DNA from: Candidatus Uhrbacteria bacterium
Lineage (GTDB): Bacteria > Patescibacteriota > Patescibacteriia > UBA9934 > GWF2-40-263
Direction: 5' to 3'
Assembly: GCA_018700535.1 (NCBI GenBank)
Contig: JABITQ010000072.1
Location: 1 to 54,077, forward strand
DNA length: 54,077 nucleotides
Part shown: positions 35,093 to 44,527 of the stretch, piece by piece
How the letters are laid out: each line of letters opens with the position of its first letter
Position numbering within the stretch: the stretch's first letter is position 1
Program-made: the position numbers and the translations under genes
Notes under the pieces: model-generated
Databases searched by the model: none
What the model was told of the DNA's origin: nothing
Seen by the model: the letters and a program-made list of their open reading frames with translations, nothing else

Positions 35093-35887
35093 CTAGTTAG
35101 TAACCGTCTCAGTAGGCTTTGTTTCGATGCGTCGTCTCCAGGTGTGATGAGATCGATACAATTCGTTCAGTTTTCCTCGAAGACGATTTCGCCACCCCTT
35201 ACTTGATGGGGTTGGTACGTACAGGACGAGAAAAGAGGTGCTGAATTGCGAGGTTGAGAGCAAGAGCTTCAGCGGTTCTACGTCATCGGGGTTCGGAGTG
35301 CAGATCACGAAGAGATGACTATCGTCCCGGGTTTGAATGTGGACGAGCGGTACAATTATGCCGTCGATACGCAGAGAGATCGCACGTGCTTCTTCATACC
35401 AGCTTGGCAGAGTAGGGTGAGTTTCCAGATGCTCTGCAAGGAACAGTGCGCACCCTGTTGAAAGTTTCTCTCTGTGTGCATGGAGCACTTCACAAATGAT
35501 GACAAGATCAATCCTCCAATGGGTCCAGAAACGAATTCCAAACTGTGTAACCTCGTGCATTTTTTCAGAGAGCTTTCGATAAAGATCGTTAGCAATCTCC
35601 AGGTCGGATCGACTTGGATTCACAAAAATGGCGATGTGAGGCGTTCCTCGTTTGTAGTTCAGGAGAGATGGATTTTCTTCCACCAGAACACTCCTCTCGG
35701 ATCCAACGACTCGAATGCGGATTTGTGCACCAAACGAAGTGCTACACATAATTCGCATGCCCTTGCGATTTGCTTGGTATCCAGTTGTCCTGAAGCTAGT
35801 CAGCCAAGGGATGTGTTTGGATAGACGACTCAAGATATGCAGAGCGCGATTCATCTTTGTGGGCTGGTGTTGGTGTGCTGCAGACAT
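35093..35887 (-). CDS. orphan hypothetical protein (264 aa)
   Basis: AAGGAG lies 6 nt upstream of the ATG at 35887 (MSAAHQHQ). It has its own promoter and terminator. No family recognised. Confidence 0.65.
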   Translation of the reverse strand: MSAAHQHQPTKMNRALHILSRLSKHIPWLTSFRTTGYQANRKGMRIMCSTSFGAQIRIRVVGSERSVLVEENPSLLNYKRGTPHIAIFVNPSRSDLEIANDLYRKLSEKMHEVTQFGIRFWTHWRIDLVIICEVLHAHREKLSTGCALFLAEHLETHPTLPSWYEEARAISLRIDGIIVPLVHIQTRDDSHLFVICTPNPDDVEPLKLLLSTSQFSTSFLVLYVPTPSSKGWRNRLRGKLNELYRSHHTWRRRIETKPTETVTN

Positions 35888-35914
35888 GATGTCTCCTTGG
35901 TGTAGCAACAAAAA

Positions 35915-35943
35915 AAACTAACAGAAAGAGAGGGAGGTGTCAA
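35915..35943 (-). promoter_or_regulatory. sigma70-like promoter (TTGACA-17-TAGTTT)
   Basis: The -35 at 35938-35943 directly follows the gyrB terminator U-run (TTTTTGGTTGACAC), as at 32846-32859. Confidence 0.4.
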
Positions 35944-35970
35944 CCAAAAAGACAGGCTTGCGCCTGTCTT
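35944..35970 (-). terminator. intrinsic terminator of gyrB
   Basis: GACAGGC-GCAA-GCCTGTC hairpin plus TTTTT on the minus strand. Confidence 0.75.
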
Positions 35971-35975
35971 TGTTG

Positions 35976-38072
<2,097 letters not shown>

Positions 38073-38090
38073 TCACTTTGATCCATAGGC

Positions 38091-39032
38091 ATGGTATACT
38101 TTGCGGGTATGGATCAGGAGGGTGTTTTGCTTGAGGAAGAAAAAGAATTCAAGCGTTTTTATAAGCTGTCACTTTGGTGGGTTGAACACCGTGCATCGCT
38201 TCGACGTCTTGGAATAGGTCTCATTGCCGCATTCGATGTGGTGCTACTTTTGTTTGTGGCCTGGGTTGCAATCGACACGTATGCAATTAGTTTTGATGCA
38301 GAGCGACGTGTGGTTGCGGAGGCTGTTGCATTTGGTCAGTCTGATCTCCATGCTTACACACTTGCAAATGCCGCAGATGATTTAGAAGTCACGCAAGAAA
38401 AGGTATTTTCAATTGGTGAAGGTCGATACGATTTATTTGCAATGTTGCTCAATTCAAATGATGACTGGTGGGCAACGATCACTTATCACTTCACCACTGA
38501 CGAAGGTGATTCTGAGATCACTACAGGATTCATCTTACCCTCAGAAGAAAAGCCTATTGTTGATATCGCGTTTGAGTCTGACTCGAATGTAAGTGATGCC
38601 GAACTCGTGCTTGATTCTGTTGATTGGCATCGTGTTGACCATCACATGATTCACGATTATCAAGCGTGGGAAGATGACCGTCTAAATTTGCTTGTCGATA
38701 GCGCTTCGTTTAGTAAGCAGACTGAGTTTGAGAATGATATTTTTGGACGTGCTTCATTTCAACTTACAAATAGCACAGCATTCAGTTATTACGAGCCCAG
38801 GTTTTTTATCCTTCTGATGAAAGGGTCAAATGTTGTTGGGGTGAATCGTACGAGTCTTTCTGATTTTGAGAGTCGTGAGGAGGTAAAGGTAGACCTTAAT
38901 TGGTTTGGCACATTGCCATCTGTTACGAATATAGAGGTGGTTCCAGAAATCAATCTCTTTGATCTAGATTCCTATAAAGCTCTCGATGGTGAAACGACTC
39001 GCGATACACGAACAAGGGTATTAGGTAGATAG
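38091..39032 (+). CDS. membrane-anchored hypothetical protein (313 aa)
   Basis: Single TM helix (LGIGLIAAFDVVLLLFVAWVAI) followed by a soluble domain. No family recognised. Confidence 0.6.
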   Translation: MVYFAGMDQEGVLLEEEKEFKRFYKLSLWWVEHRASLRRLGIGLIAAFDVVLLLFVAWVAIDTYAISFDAERRVVAEAVAFGQSDLHAYTLANAADDLEVTQEKVFSIGEGRYDLFAMLLNSNDDWWATITYHFTTDEGDSEITTGFILPSEEKPIVDIAFESDSNVSDAELVLDSVDWHRVDHHMIHDYQAWEDDRLNLLVDSASFSKQTEFENDIFGRASFQLTNSTAFSYYEPRFFILLMKGSNVVGVNRTSLSDFESREEVKVDLNWFGTLPSVTNIEVVPEINLFDLDSYKALDGETTRDTRTRVLGR

Positions 39033-39095
39033 TCTTTCGAAAAATCAACACAATGGGGTTGATTTTTTTGTTGTCTATGATTAGCTATTACTAAT

Positions 39096-40211
39096 GTGGC
39101 TTCATTGATTTCAAACATAAGAATAAGCCTAAGTAGATTCCGATCAATCGATTGGGTGCTTTTGCTATCTATGTTTACGTTGTTGGTTTTGGGGCTTGCT
39201 GCGATTTATTCAGTCGAGCTCTCTCAGTCATCAGGGAATTTCCTTAATGTTAAAAAGCAATTTATTGCAATTGGGATCGCATCGGTTGTCTTTTTTTATG
39301 TCACGGTTTCTAACTATCAGCTTTTGCGCAACTATTCGTTAGTTCTTTATGTTGCTGGGCTTCTGCTTTTGCTTAGCGTGCTTGTGTTTGGAGATACGAT
39401 TCGTGGTGCGCGTGGGTGGTTTGTTGTGGGGCCGGTGAGCATGCAGCCTGTCGAGTTTATGAAAGCGGGGCTCATCGTCGCGCTTGCAACATTCTTTTCT
39501 TCAAAAGCAGAGCGACCACTTCGAGTTAAGGACGTATTGTTTAGCGGGCTTATTGTGCTCGCTCCTGTCTTTTTGGTGATGATGCAGCCCGACCTTGGGT
39601 CGGCTTCTGTGCTTGTGGGAACATGGTTTTTTATGGCGATGTTTGCCGGGATGCGTTATCAACATGTGGTCATGTTGGGGGTTGTAGGTGCAGTTACTTC
39701 AATCATTGCCTGGTTCAATTTTTTTGCCGAGTATCAAAAGGCGCGCATTCGAACATTTATTGATCCGACGTTTGATCCGTTGGGTCAGGGGTATAACGTG
39801 GCGCAAGCTATTATTGCGATCGGGTCAGGTGGATGGGTGGGGAGTGGGCTCGGTTTTGGAACACAGAGTCACTTAAAGTTTTTGCCAGAGAGCCAGACGG
39901 ATTTTATTTTTGCTGTGATTGCAGAAGAGCTTGGGTTTATCGGTGTGACTGTTTTGATCGTAGCGTTCTCGCTATTGTTTTATCGATTGATGCGAATTGC
40001 TTTGCGTGCGAGTGATGATTTTACTGCATTGATTGTGTTGGGTGTGATCAGTGTGTTGTTTCTTCAGTTCCTTGTAAATATTGGAATGAATCTCGGGTTG
40101 CTTCCGGTGACAGGGATTGGATTGCCATTTGTAAGCTATGGAGGTTCATCGATGATCTTTCTGCTTCTCTTGGTTGCATTTGCGCAGAGTATTGCTATTC
40201 GTCAGAGGTGA
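39096..40211 (+). CDS. SEDS-family peptidoglycan polymerase (FtsW/RodA)
   Basis: About 10 TM helices with conserved SEDS segments (QPVEFMK, DLGSA, SQTDFIFAVIAEELGF, LPFVSYGGSS). GTG start. Confidence 0.85.
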   Translation: MASLISNIRISLSRFRSIDWVLLLSMFTLLVLGLAAIYSVELSQSSGNFLNVKKQFIAIGIASVVFFYVTVSNYQLLRNYSLVLYVAGLLLLLSVLVFGDTIRGARGWFVVGPVSMQPVEFMKAGLIVALATFFSSKAERPLRVKDVLFSGLIVLAPVFLVMMQPDLGSASVLVGTWFFMAMFAGMRYQHVVMLGVVGAVTSIIAWFNFFAEYQKARIRTFIDPTFDPLGQGYNVAQAIIAIGSGGWVGSGLGFGTQSHLKFLPESQTDFIFAVIAEELGFIGVTVLIVAFSLLFYRLMRIALRASDDFTALIVLGVISVLFLQFLVNIGMNLGLLPVTGIGLPFVSYGGSSMIFLLLLVAFAQSIAIRQR

Positions 40212-40286
40212 GTTCTGTGTGGTACGATAGACATACATTTAGGTAAATGCGTGAGAATATTTGTTTAATAATTGTACATAACACTT

Positions 40287-40682
40287 ATGTCCTCAAATCA
40301 AAGTTCTGAGCTTTGGAATGAAGGCCTAAAGCTCGTCTCTTACTGTCCTGTGTGCGAGACACGTTATAATCCGATGGAAGCTAAGGTGCTCGGTGAAAAC
40401 GGAGAGACACATTTGCTTCATGTTCAGTGTCGTAAGTGCAGTCATTCAATATTAGCTCTCGTTTTGGTGAACCAAGCTGGTGCATCATCAGTTGGGTTGC
40501 TGACTGATTTGAGCTTTGATGATGTGATGTTGTTTCGAGAGAATCAGAAAGTATCAATTGATGATGTGATTGATATTCATGCCAAGCTGGATGAAGGTGG
40601 ATTGGATCATATATTTGACACCAGACGCATCGAACAGGTGAAGCGACGAGTTCGCAAGCGCACGAAAAAAGAAACAAAATAA
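40287..40682 (+). CDS. small zinc-ribbon protein (131 aa)
   Basis: CPVC..17 aa..CRKC pair and a basic C-terminal tail. The ATG at 40287 is preferred over the TTG at 40272. Confidence 0.6.
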   Translation: MSSNQSSELWNEGLKLVSYCPVCETRYNPMEAKVLGENGETHLLHVQCRKCSHSILALVLVNQAGASSVGLLTDLSFDDVMLFRENQKVSIDDVIDIHAKLDEGGLDHIFDTRRIEQVKRRVRKRTKKETK

Positions 40683-40683
40683 G

Positions 40684-40711
40684 AAAAACAGCGCATATAG
40701 CGCTGTTTTTC
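40684..40711 (+). terminator. intrinsic terminator
   Basis: ACAGCGC-ATATA-GCGCTGT followed by TTTTT. Confidence 0.75.
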
Positions 40712-40737
40712 TCTCGAAAGATTGGGGGATTTCCCCC

Positions 40738-40766
40738 TTGACAATATTGCGTAAATTTCGCACAAT
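40738..40766 (+). promoter_or_regulatory. sigma70-like promoter candidate (TTGACA-17-CACAAT) of rplY
   Basis: TTGACA at 40738-40743, preceded by the GGGGGATTTCCCCC palindrome. Confidence 0.35.
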
Positions 40767-40795
40767 AGCGCCGTTATTCCAGTTTTTAACCTCTT

Positions 40796-41467
40796 ATGTC
40801 ATTTTCACTAGAAGCTACAACACGCGCTGAGGTAGGGCGCAAAACCAATGCTCTTCGTTCAGAAAGCGCAATCCCAGCTGTGGTCTACGGTAATTTCACT
40901 AAGCCACAGTCAATCAAGTTGGATTACAATACGTTTATTAAGCTATATCGAGATGCGGGTGAAAGCTCAATTATCGATCTTGCGATCGATGGGAAAGATT
41001 CTATCCCTGTATTGATTCACGAGTTTCAGCAAGATGCTCTTACAGAGGAAGTGATTCATATCGACTTCCGTACTGTGGACATGAACAAGGAGCTCGAAGC
41101 TGTTGTGACTCTAAAATTTGTTGGTGAGTCTGCTGCTGTGAAAGCACTTGGTGGAACATTGATTCGTTCTCGTGAGTCAGTAAACATTCGTTGTCTTCCA
41201 GCTAACTTGTTGCGCAACATCACTGTTGACCTAACAAAGCTTGCGACATTTGAAGATTCAATCCGTATTGGAGACCTTGAGTTGCCAGAGGGTGTTCAGA
41301 TCACTGATGCATCTAAGTTGGCGGTCGCAGTTGTTTCAAAGCCACGTACTTCTGCTGAGATTGAAGCCCTTGATGAAGAAGTTTCTGGAGACGTTGCTGA
41401 CGTTGAAGGAGCAGAGGAAAGCAAAGAGGGTGAGGCTGAAGCAGGAGGAGAGGCCAAGTCTGAGTAA
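40796..41467 (+). CDS. rplY: 50S ribosomal protein L25 / general stress protein Ctc
   Basis: L25 N-terminal domain (RKTNALRSESAIPAVVYG) plus a Ctc-type C-terminal domain and an acidic tail. Confidence 0.88.
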   Translation: MSFSLEATTRAEVGRKTNALRSESAIPAVVYGNFTKPQSIKLDYNTFIKLYRDAGESSIIDLAIDGKDSIPVLIHEFQQDALTEEVIHIDFRTVDMNKELEAVVTLKFVGESAAVKALGGTLIRSRESVNIRCLPANLLRNITVDLTKLATFEDSIRIGDLELPEGVQITDASKLAVAVVSKPRTSAEIEALDEEVSGDVADVEGAEESKEGEAEAGGEAKSE

Positions 41468-41470
41468 TAC

Positions 41471-42568
41471 ATGACAAATAAACACCAGGAGGAACAGTCA
41501 AAAACCAAACGCAAGCGCACGGTTCAGACGATTTGGAACGACAGACCAGCTGTCGCACTAATCGCTCTGACAATCGCGCTTGCGTTTGTGTTTGTGGGTC
41601 TGTTGCCAAGGTTTATTGGCGAGGACATTTCAGTTGAAGATCAGATTGGAGATGTGCTTGGTCAGGGAGGTGCCAATTATCGGCATCCAATCACTGGCAT
41701 TCCTTCACATGAGCCGATTGAAGACCTTCAGATTTTTGGTGTGATGATCGATAATCATTTTCAAGCTTGGCCACCGAGCGGAATTGATCAGGCGCTGCTC
41801 GTTGTTGAAGCTCCTGTTGAAGGGAGGATAACAAGAATGATCGCTTTTTTTGATGAGACACAGGAGGTTGATGTTATTGGTCCCGTTCGTTCAGCTAGAC
41901 CGTACTATCTAGATTGGAACAATGAGCTCGATGCGTTGTATGCGCATGTGGGTGGATCAAACGCTGCACTCGACTTAATTGCTTCTGGTGTGACCTTTGA
42001 TCTCAATCAGTATTACAACGGTTCGTATTTTTGGCGCAGCACTCAGCGTTACGCGCCACACAATGTTTACACTTCTACAGAAGAGATGAAAGAGTATGTC
42101 TCGATCCGAGAAGAGGCTCAGCGTGCGCCGGACTTGCTTTATGGCGTATGGCAGTTTAAGAGCCCTGAAAACGGGGGAGAGGATGCTCAGTCGGTTTCTA
42201 TTGAGTACGCTCCACCAGTCTATGTTGCCGATTGGGAGTTTGATTTAGAAACAAGAACGTATCTGCGATCTCAGGGAGGAATTTCTCACCGCACAGATGC
42301 TGGTGTGCAGATTGCTGTCGACAATGTCGCGATTGTGATTACAGATATCGAGGTGATCGATAGTGTTGGGCGAAGATTGGTTGAAACGATTGGGGAGGGG
42401 GAGGCGTTTGTGATGCAAGATGGAATTGTGATCGAGGGAATGTGGAAGAAATCATCTGCGTCAGAACGACTGCGTTTTTATGATGCGTTTGATGAAGAGG
42501 TAAAGATGAATGTTGGTAAAACTTGGATTCAAGTGGTGGGGAGCGTTGATGATGTGACGTTTGAATAA
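41471..42568 (+). CDS. DUF3048-like (YerB-like) membrane-anchored protein
   Basis: N-terminal TM helix, then segments recalled from the DUF3048 family (PITGIP, MIDNHFQAWPPSGIDQA, EGRITRMIAFF, IGPVRSARPYY). Confidence 0.65.
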   Translation: MTNKHQEEQSKTKRKRTVQTIWNDRPAVALIALTIALAFVFVGLLPRFIGEDISVEDQIGDVLGQGGANYRHPITGIPSHEPIEDLQIFGVMIDNHFQAWPPSGIDQALLVVEAPVEGRITRMIAFFDETQEVDVIGPVRSARPYYLDWNNELDALYAHVGGSNAALDLIASGVTFDLNQYYNGSYFWRSTQRYAPHNVYTSTEEMKEYVSIREEAQRAPDLLYGVWQFKSPENGGEDAQSVSIEYAPPVYVADWEFDLETRTYLRSQGGISHRTDAGVQIAVDNVAIVITDIEVIDSVGRRLVETIGEGEAFVMQDGIVIEGMWKKSSASERLRFYDAFDEEVKMNVGKTWIQVVGSVDDVTFE

Positions 42569-42578
42569 GAAATAAAAT

Positions 42579-42617
42579 AAACACCTTTTGTCCTGTGGAC
42601 GAAAGGTGTTTTTTTGT
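42579..42617. terminator. bidirectional intrinsic terminator between convergent genes
   Basis: ACACCTTT..AAAGGTGT hairpin with T7 on the + strand and a T-rich run on the - strand. Confidence 0.75.
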
Positions 42618-42672
42618 AAATTAAATCACCCCACATCATTTAGATGCAGGGTGTTCGTGTTGGTTGCGTTGT

Positions 42673-43503
42673 TTACGCAACCAGTCGATCTTTGAGGTAA
42701 GTAGCCAGTCGATCATCAAGGGCTGCGACAACATTCTTGATACACAAGTCGTGCTCGCGTATGTAGTCGCCAGCTACCTTGATTCTCTCTTTGAGATGGC
42801 TAGGACGTTGTTTTGTGATCGCGAACAGACGATCGTACAATGGGATGTTGTTGTTTTGCAGGCGATTGATTTCTTTGGAAAGATCGAATGATGAACCTGC
42901 TTGTGTAGATATCTCAATGAGCATTGCGACCGCAGCAAGTTCCTCGCTGCATTCTCGGCGCGCTCTGCTCAGATTGTCTTGAATGCTGTCGTGCCATGAG
43001 TCTTTGTGGATGAATCCGAGCTCTTGGCGTTTTCGGTAGGTTTCCCACCGCTCGATGCAGAGGTTGACCACTGTGGTGCTTGCACATATATTCGAGCATA
43101 GTCTGGCAAGCTCGTTGTTGAACACTCCTTCCTCAATCGGTAGTCGCATTCTGACTTCGTACTTGTGGAGATTCCATGCCGCGCGAATCGCTGGGATTGC
43201 TAGGATGAGAAGAACTAGTCCGCTACAAAGTGCAACATTCCCCAAGAGCGTGTAGGAGGCGGTGATGATCGAGGTCGCCAGACTTTCTGGTCCAACGCTC
43301 TTCATATATTCGATGACCATTTGGCTGTTGGTCATGAATGCGGCATAGAGAGCACACACCACCGTTATGGCCAGTGCGATGACAGCATGTCGTACCGATG
43401 TGCGCCATTTCTCTCTCAAGCCCTTCAGCAGGATTCCATCCCGAGCTTTTGAGTGTTTGCTCGCAAGGATTTTCACTTGGCTTGGTGTGTTCAATTGTTC
43501 CAT
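42673..43503 (-). CDS. orphan membrane protein (276 aa, two TM helices plus a helical cytoplasmic domain)
   Basis: GGAG lies 6 nt upstream of the ATG at 43503, with its own TTGACA-16-TAAACT promoter. TM segments are AVIALAITVVCALYAAF and LCSGLVLLILAIPAI. Confidence 0.65.
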   Translation of the reverse strand: MEQLNTPSQVKILASKHSKARDGILLKGLREKWRTSVRHAVIALAITVVCALYAAFMTNSQMVIEYMKSVGPESLATSIITASYTLLGNVALCSGLVLLILAIPAIRAAWNLHKYEVRMRLPIEEGVFNNELARLCSNICASTTVVNLCIERWETYRKRQELGFIHKDSWHDSIQDNLSRARRECSEELAAVAMLIEISTQAGSSFDLSKEINRLQNNNIPLYDRLFAITKQRPSHLKERIKVAGDYIREHDLCIKNVVAALDDRLATYLKDRLVA

Positions 43504-43538
43504 TTGATTCTCCGGTTCTCGAAAAATGAGACGGTGCG

Positions 43539-43566
43539 AGTTTAGCTAATTACTCGGTTTTGTCAA
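43539..43566 (-). promoter_or_regulatory. sigma70-like promoter (TTGACA-16-TAAACT)
   Basis: The -35 at 43561-43566 overlaps the prmC stop codon. The -10 is at 43539-43544. Confidence 0.5.
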
Positions 43567-44471
43567 CACTTCATGTAAGCAATGCGTTTGTTTCCCTGAA
43601 GATCTTTGAGAATTTCCACGGATATTTCAGGAAAGAACGATTCGATCATGCGTTTGATCTTGTGTTCCTGCTCTGGATCGATTTCCATGAGTACGTGGAT
43701 TGCTCGGGGGAGTACGCGTCTGTGTGCCTTGAGTTGTTTGAACAGCTCTTTGTACGCATCCAGACCGTCTGTGCCGGCTGTGAGTGCCAGGGTGGGTTCA
43801 AAGGTTACTTCGGGTTGCAGGTCCTCCATCTGTGCGATTGTGAGGTAGGGGAGGTTTGCGGCGATGATGAGCGTTTCGAACGGGTAGATGTTTGAAACGT
43901 GGTTTGCCCCTGTGCGATGGAGGGTGGTGAAGAGGCGGATGATTGGTTCTAGAATCGATCCGTGCTGGAAATCGATTGAAGACTCAACGTTGTGAACCTG
44001 TGCATTTTGTTTTGCAATGTTGAGAGCACCTTGGTCGATGTCGATGGCGATCACATGCTGTTTTGTTTCTGCAGCAAGTGTGATGGCAATGGCACCAGAC
44101 CCTGTTCCAATATCAACGAGGAGTGTGCGATCAGGGTCGGACTCCTTTGTGAGCTCAATCGCTTTTTCTACCAACGACTCAGTGGCAGGGCGGGGGATGA
44201 GCACAGAAGGATCGGTGGTAAATGTTCTTGAGAAAAAATCTTTGCGCCCCAAGATGTAGGCGATGGGCTCTCGAGACACTCTTCGGTCTACAAGAAGACT
44301 AAATTGTTCTTCTTGGTGTGTACGGATTTTGTCGCTGAAATGCGAAAATAACCACGCCTTTTTTACATCAAGGGTAGTTGATAGGAGAATTTCGGCATCG
44401 AGCATGGGTGAGTCGATCCCGGCTTTCTTTAGCTTGTTGTTCGCCCATTGCAAGGCTTCCATGATAGTCAT
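43563..44471 (-). CDS. prmC: release-factor glutamine methyltransferase (HemK/PrmC)
   Basis: PrmC N-terminal helical domain, SAM motif VDIGTGSGAIA, and substrate motif NLPY in place of NPPY. Confidence 0.85.
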   Translation of the reverse strand: MTIMEALQWANNKLKKAGIDSPMLDAEILLSTTLDVKKAWLFSHFSDKIRTHQEEQFSLLVDRRVSREPIAYILGRKDFFSRTFTTDPSVLIPRPATESLVEKAIELTKESDPDRTLLVDIGTGSGAIAITLAAETKQHVIAIDIDQGALNIAKQNAQVHNVESSIDFQHGSILEPIIRLFTTLHRTGANHVSNIYPFETLIIAANLPYLTIAQMEDLQPEVTFEPTLALTAGTDGLDAYKELFKQLKAHRRVLPRAIHVLMEIDPEQEHKIKRMIESFFPEISVEILKDLQGNKRIAYMKC

Positions 44472-44482
44472 ACATGCACCCT

Positions 44483-44527
44483 AAACAAAAAGAAGACCCG
44501 GAGCAACCTTTCGGTTAACTCCGGGCC
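44483..44527 (-). terminator. intrinsic terminator at the 3' end of the ORF-free unit
   Basis: Minus strand CCCGGAG-UU-AACC-GAAA-GGUU-G-CUCCGGG followed by UCUUCUUUUUGUUU. It ends 12 nt before the prmC ATG. Confidence 0.65.
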
